A stretch of DNA of 64,000 bases, from positions 4,220-68,219 of IMG/VR virus record IMGVR_UViG_3300043446_000421; one strand, written 5' to 3'. This DNA comes from a virus. The notes below the pieces were generated by a model. That model made no database searches. It was not told where the DNA came from and saw only the letters and a program-made list of their open reading frames with translations. The position numbers were made by a program, and so were the translations under genes. Shown here in pieces: positions 16,744 to 25,219 of the stretch. Each line of letters starts with the position of its first letter. Within the stretch, counting starts at the first letter, position 1.

Positions 16744-17871
16744 ATGGCACAAGTAAGCACAGCAACCCGCGTCACTCTGGACGAACTAGTTCAGGCCGTA
16801 TCAACCGTAGGTAACAAGCGCACCATCATTGCAAGGGGCGAGCCGGGCATCGGCAAGTCGTGGACGATGAAGGCACTGGCTTCAAAATTCCCGGGGCATA
16901 AGGCCGTCACAGTAGACTGCGCCCGACTGCTCGATCAGGGTGACTTCTGGGCGATGTATCTGGAAGACAAGGCGGACGGTGGCAAGGTGGCACGTCAGGC
17001 ACTGTTGGACATGTTCGACTTCGATGCCACGCAACCCATGCTCCTACTGCTTGATGAGATCGGCAAGGGTAACAAGGCGGTGATGAATGTCCTGCTGACG
17101 GTGATCTTTGACCGGCGTATCGGTGACCGCCACCTGCACCCTGACTCTATTGTGTATGCGACAACTAACCTGACGGCGGACGGGGTGGGTGACTTCCTGC
17201 CAGCCCATGCTCGCAGCCGCGCCATCACAGTGGAGATCAAGAAACCTATCGTGGGCATCAACCCGGTGACAGGCGAGGTGGCCAAGGGTTCGTTCGGTGA
17301 GTTCATGTTGAAGAACAATTTCGACTCGGCGCTAGTGGCATGGTGCGTCCGCAACCCAAGCTGCATGGACAGTTATCGTGATTGCCCGAATGACAAGGAC
17401 TGGACTAACCCTTGGGCGTTCCACCCAACGAAGGGGGCTGAGATGTACTTCTGCCCACGCAGCGCCCATGCCTGTGATGACATATTGAAAGAGCGCGAGG
17501 TCAACGGTGACCGCCTGACCATGAGCCTGTTGGCCGGTGCTGCGGGTGAGTCGTTCGCTCGAGATTTCTCGGCCTTCCTGATGGTCAAGGACAAGCTGAC
17601 TACGGTTCCGGCAATTGTCGCTGACCCCAAGGGTGCGGCGTTGCCCCCGGCGGGTGATGCGGTGTCCCACTGCGTGATGGTGCAGCAGTTGGTGCAGCAC
17701 GTGAACAAGGAAACCATCGAGCCGTTCGTCACCTACATGCAGCGTATGGGCAGTGAGTGGCAAGCCATGTTCGGGCGCAGCGTCATTGCATCCGAGAACA
17801 AGCAAGAGGTTGCCATCAAGTGCGAAGCGTTCCGCAACTGGGCGATTGCGAATCAGTGGATGTTTTCTTAA
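16744..17871 (+). CDS. MoxR-like AAA+ ATPase
   Basis: GEPGIGKS Walker A, LLLLDEIGK Walker B, YATTN sensor I, PRS sensor II. Confidence 0.85.
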   Translation: MAQVSTATRVTLDELVQAVSTVGNKRTIIARGEPGIGKSWTMKALASKFPGHKAVTVDCARLLDQGDFWAMYLEDKADGGKVARQALLDMFDFDATQPMLLLLDEIGKGNKAVMNVLLTVIFDRRIGDRHLHPDSIVYATTNLTADGVGDFLPAHARSRAITVEIKKPIVGINPVTGEVAKGSFGEFMLKNNFDSALVAWCVRNPSCMDSYRDCPNDKDWTNPWAFHPTKGAEMYFCPRSAHACDDILKEREVNGDRLTMSLLAGAAGESFARDFSAFLMVKDKLTTVPAIVADPKGAALPPAGDAVSHCVMVQQLVQHVNKETIEPFVTYMQRMGSEWQAMFGRSVIASENKQEVAIKCEAFRNWAIANQWMFS

Positions 17872-17880
17872 GGGGGATGT

Positions 17881-19083
17881 ATGAGCTTCTCTGCTGAACA
17901 ACTTTTGACACGTGCCACGGTGTGGCTCATGGAGTACCCGCCGACTTGCGCCCTGTCCGGGGTCATGTTGATGGGCAAGACCGAGGTCAATGACCGAGTG
18001 CCTACGGCCTGTACCAACGGACGTGATGAGTTCTACGGACGCAAGTTTGTGGAAGGTCTGACCGAGCCAGAGGTACGGTTCCTGAAGACGCATGAGTCGT
18101 TCCATAAGATCAAGATGGACTTGCTCACGTGGAGACATCTTTATGATGAGAACCCCAAGTTGGCCAACATGGCGAGTGACTACGTCAACAACCTGATGAT
18201 CTGGGAACTTGACCCGACTGAGCAGTACCTGAAGATGCCCAAGGGTGGGCTGTTGGACAAGCGGTTCAAGGGTATGGATACCGGCGAGGTGTACGCCTTA
18301 CTCAAACAGGAGAAACAAAATGAACAAGGCAATGGTGATGGCCAAGCAGGGCAAGGCTCGGGCGGTGGAGCGGGTGATCAACCGGAAGGCTTCGATGAGC
18401 ATGACTGGGAAGGTGCGAGCGCCCTTTCGGACGCGGAACAAAAGCTGCTTGCGGAAGAAATCGACCAAGCCTTAAGACAGGGAAAGATGTATGCCGAACG
18501 GATGAACGGCACGCTGCCCCAAGCTATCGAAGCACGTCTCGCCCCAGAGGTACGGTGGCAGGATGAGTTGGCTGAGTTCGTATCTTCTCTGTGCAGTGGC
18601 TCGGACTTGCCGTCTTTCCGCAAGCGTAACCGCCGCCGCATGGAGTCGGAAATCATCTACCCAACGTTGATCACTGAGCGCCTTGGCAAGCTGGTGATAG
18701 GTATCGATACCTCGGGTTCGATCTTCGGTAGTGACATGCTGTCTAGTTTTATGGCGGCACTGCACAACTTGTGTGAGGTTGTGCGTCCTGAGTCGGTGGA
18801 CGTCCTGTATTGGGATAGCCATGTCGCGGGGCATGAGACGTACGATGAGAGTTCCTATGCCGGGCTGCTGATCTCAGCCAGTCCAGTGGGTGGCGGTGGT
18901 ACGGAACCTCAATGCGTGGTGGATTACATGCAGCAGAAGCACCTGCGTCCTGATGCGGTGGTGATGTTGACGGACGGCGAAGTGTCATCGTGGGGCAAAG
19001 GTTGGACTGCACCCACCCTGTGGTGCATCACCGACAGGCGCGTCAAGTCGGCGGTGGGTAGATCGGTTCACATCAAACTATAA
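17881..19083 (+). CDS. vWA domain + putative metallopeptidase (DUF2201-like)
   Basis: TACTNG, HESFH (HExxH), IDTSGS MIDAS, GGGGT, MLTDG. Confidence 0.85.
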   Translation: MSFSAEQLLTRATVWLMEYPPTCALSGVMLMGKTEVNDRVPTACTNGRDEFYGRKFVEGLTEPEVRFLKTHESFHKIKMDLLTWRHLYDENPKLANMASDYVNNLMIWELDPTEQYLKMPKGGLLDKRFKGMDTGEVYALLKQEKQNEQGNGDGQAGQGSGGGAGDQPEGFDEHDWEGASALSDAEQKLLAEEIDQALRQGKMYAERMNGTLPQAIEARLAPEVRWQDELAEFVSSLCSGSDLPSFRKRNRRRMESEIIYPTLITERLGKLVIGIDTSGSIFGSDMLSSFMAALHNLCEVVRPESVDVLYWDSHVAGHETYDESSYAGLLISASPVGGGGTEPQCVVDYMQQKHLRPDAVVMLTDGEVSSWGKGWTAPTLWCITDRRVKSAVGRSVHIKL

Positions 19084-19116
19084 ACATCAAGTACTACTTT
19101 AACTTGGAGAACTATC

Positions 19117-19995
19117 ATGGCCGTACAAAACTCTGCAATTCTGGTTGACCTCAACATCTCGGCGTGGACTGGACGCAAACTGGATAAGCGCGTCTCAGAA
19201 GAGATCGATGCAAGCAAGGGCACCAAAGCCAAGGGCGGCAACTATCACAAGCACCTGCTGGCTGGCACTGACAAGCTTGATGCTGTACAGAAGATCGTCT
19301 CGGCGGTGCGTGTCTGGCACTATGAGCAAACGCTGCCTTGGTCTGACGGTGGCTCGCGCCTACTGCCAATGAAGAACTTCTTTGAGTACAAGCGCACCCT
19401 GTCCATGTTCGAGGCGCAGTTCAAACAGGCGGTGGATGAGATGTTGACTGAGTACCCCACGTTGGTGACGGCGGCTGCCTTCCAGTTGGGTGCGCTGTTC
19501 AATCGCAATGACTATCCCGATGTGGAGACCATCAAGGGCAAGTTCCGCTTCAGCTACGTCTTCATGCCTGTACCTACGGCGGGTGACTTTCGCATCCAAG
19601 CAGCGGACGATGCAATCGCGGAGTTGCAAGCGCAAGCGGAAGAACACATGAACAAGCGCGTCAATGACGCTATGAAAGATATCTGGACAAGGCTGCATAC
19701 CTGCCTGACCCACATGTCGGACAAGCTGACTGACCTGCCCACGCCACGTGTACTGAAGGACGGCACTGAGGTGTACTCGCAGGTGTTCCGTGACTCACTG
19801 GTAAACAACGCTGTAGAACTATGCGGCCTGTTGACCAAGCTCAACGTGACCGATGACCCTAACCTCGAGCAAGCACGACACAAGCTGGAGGAAGCGATCA
19901 CCGGTGTGACTGCGGAGGGTCTACGTGCTGACGATGGTGAGCGTGATCACCTGAAGAAGCAGGTCGATGAGATCTTGAAAGCGTTCGCATTCTAA
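19117..19995 (+). CDS. DUF3150-like protein
   Basis: LVDLNISAWTGRKLD...TLPWSDGGSRLLP...FNRNDYP; usual partner of AAA/vWA. Confidence 0.65.
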   Translation: MAVQNSAILVDLNISAWTGRKLDKRVSEEIDASKGTKAKGGNYHKHLLAGTDKLDAVQKIVSAVRVWHYEQTLPWSDGGSRLLPMKNFFEYKRTLSMFEAQFKQAVDEMLTEYPTLVTAAAFQLGALFNRNDYPDVETIKGKFRFSYVFMPVPTAGDFRIQAADDAIAELQAQAEEHMNKRVNDAMKDIWTRLHTCLTHMSDKLTDLPTPRVLKDGTEVYSQVFRDSLVNNAVELCGLLTKLNVTDDPNLEQARHKLEEAITGVTAEGLRADDGERDHLKKQVDEILKAFAF

Positions 19996-20036
19996 TAACA
20001 GGGGGGACAAGCCCCCCACTACCTTGGAGAACTGAC

Positions 20037-20858
20037 ATGCACACAATAGATCAAGTACACCCAGCCCTGCGCTCGCTGGTCAGTACCTTCCTGATGAAGA
20101 GCCGGTATCCCTACGCCTTGGCTACCTTCGGTTCTACAAAGAACGTCATGGACACTGATGGGCAGTGGCGCACGTTCAACGTGGGTGTGAACTTCTTTGA
20201 CCCTAACTACCCGCAGGGGGTAGGTGGCATCAGGTTGTCATTTAAGTCTGACAACAGCATTACGTTCGTTATACGTGGCAGGAAGGAAGTTGCACCACGC
20301 CGCAAGAACTTTGAGGATCGTTGCTCTAAATCATCTTCAGACACAACGAAGGTGTTGAAGCTGATGCGTCAAATGATCGTGCCGTACACCCTGCGCGAGA
20401 TCAGTGAGTTCTATGAGAGCCGGGTAGAGGAGACACTCAAGCCGTGGAGAAGGGAGTTGTATTCAAAGACCCGTGCGCCGTTTCACAGAATCAATTATGA
20501 GACGGTGGTCAAGGAGTTACGCAACCTGAAAACCTTGGGTGTTGAATTAGTTACCCCAGAGTTTCGCGGCATGATGGAGGAGACGCTTGCTTATCATGAT
20601 GAGTACGAGTACCGCCAATCAGTGTCGGTGACAAAGACGTTTGTGTCTATCCGCGAGGATGGTATTCATACAACGACAGAGGGGTTGCTACATGTGTACC
20701 CCACATTTGATTCGTTGCATAAAAATACACAAGGCAAACTGGCAATGCTAAAGATGTTGAAGGATGGCGATAGCATTCCTGAAGTGGGTATTCGTATCGA
20801 TGCCAAAACTTTTTGGGTACTGAATATGCCCGAACGTGTTGACGCGGGGAACAAATAG
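20037..20858 (+). CDS. Hypothetical protein
   Basis: 273 aa ORF with CCTTGGAGAA RBS. Confidence 0.7.
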   Translation: MHTIDQVHPALRSLVSTFLMKSRYPYALATFGSTKNVMDTDGQWRTFNVGVNFFDPNYPQGVGGIRLSFKSDNSITFVIRGRKEVAPRRKNFEDRCSKSSSDTTKVLKLMRQMIVPYTLREISEFYESRVEETLKPWRRELYSKTRAPFHRINYETVVKELRNLKTLGVELVTPEFRGMMEETLAYHDEYEYRQSVSVTKTFVSIREDGIHTTTEGLLHVYPTFDSLHKNTQGKLAMLKMLKDGDSIPEVGIRIDAKTFWVLNMPERVDAGNK

Positions 20859-20868
20859 AATGTATAGT
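20839..20868 (+). promoter_or_regulatory. Putative sigma70 promoter
   Basis: TTGACG-18 bp-TATAGT; could drive the operon that includes the RAMP-like gene. Confidence 0.5.
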
Positions 20869-21195
20869 CCAAAAGAAACAACTAAAGCCCCGTACGAACT
20901 AACCCGCAACATGAGAGAGGAGACCATAGCATCAAAGGTTGGGAAGGGGTTTGCTTCTATGCGGCTCGAGTTTATGGAAGACGGCACTATCCACAGGCTT
21001 ATTAACGCAGGCGCTGAACACCCTGTGCCGCCCCCTAGCCCGACACTGGAGCGGGTAATAGCAGAGAAGATTGCATTACTAAAGCTTGCGCCCATAGGGA
21101 AAGTAGTACGTAGGGTGGGGCGCAAACATTCGGAAAAGGTTTATTACATTCGCATTTATCAAGAAGACATGAGGACTCACGAACATGAAGTGTGA
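20860..21195 (+). CDS. Hypothetical protein (C-terminus resembles that of the upstream ORF)
   Basis: EKIALLKLAPIGKVVRRVGRK vs GKLAMLKMLKDGDSIPEVGIR; start uncertain. Confidence 0.55.
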   Translation: MYSPKETTKAPYELTRNMREETIASKVGKGFASMRLEFMEDGTIHRLINAGAEHPVPPPSPTLERVIAEKIALLKLAPIGKVVRRVGRKHSEKVYYIRIYQEDMRTHEHEV

Positions 21196-21475
21196 CTGTG
21201 GTGGCAAGACAGAGGTGATGCAGACCATGCCCGTGCAGGACACAATCAAGCGCAGACGCAAGTGCGTGGACTGTAAGAAGCTGATGTACACCTTGGAAGT
21301 ACGAGCAGTTGTGGAGGAAGCAGCGCCACCCCCGCCACCGAAACCAAAGCCCGAACCTAAACCTATGGAGAAGGCAGCGAAGACAATTCACCAGAAGCGG
21401 GTGGAAGCCAGACGCAAAAACGAAGATAGACGTAACAAAGTACCGAGCTATTTCATTGAAGACGATGAGTACTAG
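21185..21475 (+). CDS. Zn-ribbon protein (NrdR N-terminal-like)
   Basis: MKCDCGGKTEV...IKRRRKCVDC...YTLE. Confidence 0.7.
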   Translation: MKCDCGGKTEVMQTMPVQDTIKRRRKCVDCKKLMYTLEVRAVVEEAAPPPPPKPKPEPKPMEKAAKTIHQKRVEARRKNEDRRNKVPSYFIEDDEY

Positions 21476-21483
21476 GAGGAGCT

Positions 21484-21687
21484 ATGTTGAAAAACGGTAT
21501 GTTCGTAAGAGAAGAACCGCCCATCATCGGGCGGTACTACGTGACCAAGCAAGACGTTACCCCTGAAGAGCGGTTTGTGCAAAACATTCTGTTGGCGCGT
21601 AAGCAAGACTGCCAACTTACGTTGCCTCGATGGGTCAGCAACTGGTTTCAAAATAAATTTAAAGAGGAGCCGCAAATTGATCATTGA
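21484..21687 (+). CDS. Hypothetical protein
   Basis: AGGAGG RBS; TPEERFVQNILL. Confidence 0.6.
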   Translation: MLKNGMFVREEPPIIGRYYVTKQDVTPEERFVQNILLARKQDCQLTLPRWVSNWFQNKFKEEPQIDH

Positions 21688-21880
21688 CTCGATTGACCCG
21701 CGCAAGATACTAGATTGGATTAATAATGTATGGGCAAAATCATTGGCCGCAATCATTATGTTCTTTCTAGGTCTGTGGGTTGGAAGTATCAACACTGAGA
21801 GCCGCATCGTGGCCGACTGCAAGTTTGCAGGTGCGTTTCGGGTAGAGATACAAGCGTTCACTTGTCAACGGAGGATCTAA
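21677..21880 (+). CDS. Small membrane protein
   Basis: TM segment LAAIIMFFLGLWVG, then DCKFAGAFRV...FTC; start uncertain. Confidence 0.5.
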   Translation: MIIDSIDPRKILDWINNVWAKSLAAIIMFFLGLWVGSINTESRIVADCKFAGAFRVEIQAFTCQRRI

Positions 21881-22041
21881 TGAGATATGAAGTGTATGAC
21901 GAGGAGGGAAAATTGTTCCGCAAGTTCTGGGATAGACACGAAGCAGAGAAGTTTATGCAGCAAGGCTGGAAGCTGGTAACAAAGGCCAAACACAAAGAGC
22001 CTAAGCCGACAGTCGAGAAGTTCGGCGAAGCACGTTGGTAA
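21880..22041 (+). CDS. Hypothetical protein (53 aa)
   Basis: Manual ORF MRYEVYDEEGKLFRKFW...; GGAGG RBS; overlaps upstream stop. Confidence 0.55.
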   Translation: MRYEVYDEEGKLFRKFWDRHEAEKFMQQGWKLVTKAKHKEPKPTVEKFGEARW

Positions 22042-22065
22042 TTAACTTAACCTTGGAGAATCAAA

Positions 22066-22731
22066 ATGGATATGAAAGTCAAAGAAACCGCAGTTGTTAT
22101 TTCCGCACCCAAGTTCAACACCGTTGAAGTTGTACTACAGGGCACCGCCCCGCTGGTAGTTGCGCGGTTCAGCAAGAAAGCCGAGTTGATGGCGAAGATG
22201 GCCGAGGGCAGCAGCGCCAAGAGCAAAAAGGAGCGCACCGCCCGTGACTACGATAAAGAAGCAGAAGATGCGCGGTATCGCGCCCCTGAAGGTTGGGAAG
22301 GTGTCAATGCTGCGGCCTTCCGTGCGGGCATGATCAGTGCCTGTCGGCTGGTGGGGTTCAAGATGACGCTGGCAAAGTTGTCTGTGTTTATCGAAGCTGA
22401 TGGGTTTGATAAGCAGGATGGGATTCCGTTGGTGCGCGTCTACGGCAAGAGCGAAACCTTTACCGCACATACCCGCAATGCGACAGGTGTGGTTGATGTA
22501 CGTAGCCGCCCAATGTATCGCGAGTGGGCTATCAAGCTGCGCGTTCGTTTTGATGCGGATCAGTTCAATGTACAAGACGTTTATAACTTGATCGCCCGTG
22601 TGGGTGGGCAGGTGGGCTTGTGCGAGGGTCGTCCAGATTCCAAATCGTCCGCAGGTTGTGGCTTTGGTACGTTTGAGGTGGTGCCGAATGATCGTCAGAA
22701 AGAAGTCACAAAGAAATTCGGCATTAAGTAA
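22066..22731 (+). CDS. Stand-alone RAMP/Cas7-like RNA-binding protein (Vipr-like effector)
   Basis: N-terminal strand VEVVLQGTAPLVV, 'GVNAAAFRAGMISA' helix, RSRPMYREWAIKLRVRF, and C-terminal Gly-rich loop GGQVGLCEGRP...GCGFGTFEV, the RAMP/Cas7 signature; immediately followed by the array. Confidence 0.7.
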   Translation: MDMKVKETAVVISAPKFNTVEVVLQGTAPLVVARFSKKAELMAKMAEGSSAKSKKERTARDYDKEAEDARYRAPEGWEGVNAAAFRAGMISACRLVGFKMTLAKLSVFIEADGFDKQDGIPLVRVYGKSETFTAHTRNATGVVDVRSRPMYREWAIKLRVRFDADQFNVQDVYNLIARVGGQVGLCEGRPDSKSSAGCGFGTFEVVPNDRQKEVTKKFGIK

Positions 22732-22733
22732 CT

Positions 22734-23232
22734 AGGCAGGTGGGGCTTGGCTGCGCCCGGTATGGTAGTGCTGGGTGCGGCGCGGTAATGCAAGGCAGGT
22801 ATGGATTGGCAACGTACGGATAGGTATGGCGCGGTTCGGTTCGGTAAGGTTCAGTAAGGCAGGTACGGTGTGGGCAGGTGAGTTGTGGTCTGGTCCGTTC
22901 CGGCAGGGTAAGGCAGGTGTGGCTCGGTTCGTCGCGGCACCGTCAGGATCGTTCGGGTAAGGTAAGGTAAGGCAGGTATGGCGCGGCTAGTTCGCGCAAG
23001 GTACGGTTGGTTCCGGTGTAGTAAGGCAGGTCAGGCGAGGTTTGTCGGAGTATGGTGCGGCGCGATGCGGTTTGGCTCACTACGGTAAGGCAGGTGGCGT
23101 TAGGCGGCGCAAGGTGGCGTTAGGTGTGGCGCAGTAAGGCAGGTGAGGTGTCGCACGGTGTGGTGCGTCCGGGTGGGGTGAGGCAGGTACGTTGAGGCGA
23201 GGTGGGGTTTGGTGAGGTCAGTTAAGGCAGGT
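22734..23232 (+). ncRNA. Guide-like array: 10 AGGCAGGT boundaries enclosing 9 units of phased GGY-NN pentamers
   Basis: Boundaries end at 22741, 22800, 22864, 22918, 22977, 23031, 23095, 23144, 23188, 23232 (periods 59,64,54,59,54,64,49,44,44 = 5n+4). 61 of 91 triplets are exact GGY; all but one of the rest differ by one base. The repeat structure is directly observed; RNA function is inferred. Confidence 0.8.
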
Positions 23233-23252
23233 AAATAACTTAGGAGAATGAA

Positions 23253-23732
23253 ATGACAACAGAAACAATGAAAGCAGAACGGAAGTTTCTTGAGAAGCTG
23301 GCAAAGAACAAGGGCGGTATGTTGCTGGTCGATGATGTACTGGCTGTTGCAGCAGACCCAATGTGCGTATTGCACAAACACTTTCAGTGGGATAACACCA
23401 AAGCGGCTGAAGCTTATCGCAAAATGCAAGCGCGGCAGCTTATCCAGAAATGCACTGTGACTATTGAGAAAGCCCCTGACGTACAGATTCGCGCATTCGT
23501 CAGTCTGGCAAGCGATCAGTATGCAGGTGGTGGGTACCGCATGACCGCAGACGTGTTATCAGACAACGATCTCAAAGCAGAACTGCTGCATGACATGATG
23601 GTGACCCTTACCAAGTGGAAGAAGCAGATCAATTTGTTGGACAAGGAAACCGCCGCCATCATTGATACGTTAGAAGATGTTGTGCGTACCAAAGTAGGTA
23701 GTAGGCAAGCAGCCGTTCGGAGCAGGCCGTGA
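23253..23732 (+). CDS. Hypothetical protein linked to the RAMP-like gene/array
   Basis: AGGAG RBS right after the last repeat; LLVDDVLAVAADP..VLHKHFQWDNTKAAEAYRKMQARQLI...RAFVS. Confidence 0.75.
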   Translation: MTTETMKAERKFLEKLAKNKGGMLLVDDVLAVAADPMCVLHKHFQWDNTKAAEAYRKMQARQLIQKCTVTIEKAPDVQIRAFVSLASDQYAGGGYRMTADVLSDNDLKAELLHDMMVTLTKWKKQINLLDKETAAIIDTLEDVVRTKVGSRQAAVRSRP

Positions 23733-23911
23733 AACCTCCTGAGATCGTGGCCGTAGCGTTCTACATAACCATCGCCCTGTTCTCGCTGTACTACGGCATG
23801 AAGGTCATATCAGCGGAGCCGCAGTTGATGTGCGGTGTGGCAGAGATCAGCCCGGACTTTAGCGCAGCAGACAGGGCGCGGTGCAGACAGATGAGGGGGC
23901 ATAAGTTATGA
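23729..23911 (+). CDS. Small membrane protein
   Basis: N-terminal TM; CGVAEISPDF...CR. Confidence 0.55.
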   Translation: MKPPEIVAVAFYITIALFSLYYGMKVISAEPQLMCGVAEISPDFSAADRARCRQMRGHKL

Positions 23912-24174
23912 ATGATCTTGCTTTGTATGAGTTGGGTCTTGCCATGCCTGTTTGCGCGGTATGCAACAAGCCAGTCGATAGGGTTGAGTCTATGTATGAC
24001 CCCAACTATGACGGCAAAATATTCAGGGTTCACTGCCACGGCAAAGTAGAGCAGCAGATTCTTGGCGCTTACACCATGATGGACGCAAAACAAATCACGT
24101 TTGGCAAAGCATTTGATGCCCCAGCACTAGAACGCATGAACAAAGCCGCTGAAGATAACGGGGAGGAGTTATGA
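23908..24174 (+). CDS. Zn-binding hypothetical protein
   Basis: CAVC...VHCHG. Confidence 0.6.
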   Translation: MNDLALYELGLAMPVCAVCNKPVDRVESMYDPNYDGKIFRVHCHGKVEQQILGAYTMMDAKQITFGKAFDAPALERMNKAAEDNGEEL

Positions 24175-24494
24175 CGGATAGAGAACTAATGCAGCAAGCG
24201 TTGGATGCGTTGATTGATGCGGTAGATTCACAAAACTGGGAGATGCAACAAAACATAGATCAGCACGGCGAGTGGTACAGGCGTTCTGTGTATTTAAAGC
24301 AAGCTACCGCAAAGTCTCAGGAAACAATCGAAGCACTCCGCGCCCGACTTGCACAGCCTGAACGCAAATGGCAAGGGCTGACGGATGAGGAGATTCTGGA
24401 GGAGTACAGGCAGTCGTATGGGGATGATGGGAATTTGACTGACGTTTATTTTGCCCGCGCCATCGAAGCCAAGCTGAAGGAGAAGAACACATGA
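24171..24494 (+). CDS. Hypothetical phage protein (WQGLTDEEI...FARAIEAKLKEKN family)
   Basis: Recognisable modular motif of small phage proteins. Confidence 0.7.
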   Translation: MTDRELMQQALDALIDAVDSQNWEMQQNIDQHGEWYRRSVYLKQATAKSQETIEALRARLAQPERKWQGLTDEEILEEYRQSYGDDGNLTDVYFARAIEAKLKEKNT

Positions 24495-25031
24495 GTAACT
24501 TTATTTCTGGCCTTCTTTGGTATTTGTTTGCGCCAATCAGTTGTTTATGCGAGTTGTTTAAACACCCATTCAAAACGCAGTGGGAAGAGAGAAGTGTAGG
24601 TTTGTACGACCATTGTGTTGTGTGCGGGGCGTTGATAAACAAGGAGAAGAATAATGCAATATAAAAAAGAACTCATACGTGAATTGCGTGATGTAGCAAT
24701 TCTGTTCCATGCTAGTCAAGAGTTACCGCACAAGCTGTTGGAAGTTCTTGATAAACACCTGCCCCATGTAGGCGATGTGTGCTGTGAGCGTGGGTGTATT
24801 GAGTACGAGGAAAAGAATAGTGCCTGACATAAAACTCTACGACTACCAGCGAGAGCGCGTCCCCGAAGGGACAAAGACTACCTGCTATTGGACACCGCCG
24901 CAGAAGCAGTCAAGCATTGCGCACTCAACCGCACCGTGGGCAGACGCACCGTTGATCTGTGGGTTTTATGACGAGAAGCAGGAGCTTATCGGTACGCGGC
25001 TCATCCGCAGAGATGGAACATGGGAGGATTT

Positions 25032-25217
25032 ATGATTGACGCGAGAAAACTACAATACTACACGATGGCATACAGACTACGTGGGTATGCCGAGGGACTG
25101 GATGAAGACAGGCATGAGGCATTAGTTCATATGCTGATGAAAGCAGCAATGCTGTTAGAAGAATCATGGGACGATTACCAACTGACGTTACCACCAGATC
25201 AACGAGTAGGGAGTTAA
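25032..25217 (+). CDS. Hypothetical protein
   Basis: MIDARKLQYY after GGAGG. Confidence 0.5.
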   Translation: MIDARKLQYYTMAYRLRGYAEGLDEDRHEALVHMLMKAAMLLEESWDDYQLTLPPDQRVGS

Positions 25218-25219
25218 AC

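Noticed and set aside
22872-22879. Extra GGCAGGT as an eleventh unit boundary
   Set aside because: It parses in phase as GGG-CA-GGT and lacks the 4-nt phase shift of true boundaries.
22734-23232. Canonical CRISPR array
   Set aside because: The constant part is only 8-10 nt, the 'spacers' have internal 5-nt periodicity, and there is no cas operon.
22775-23429. ORFs overlapping the array (22775-22960 +, 23100-23429 -)
   Set aside because: No RBS, low complexity, and a 5-nt period that does not fit codon-level selection.
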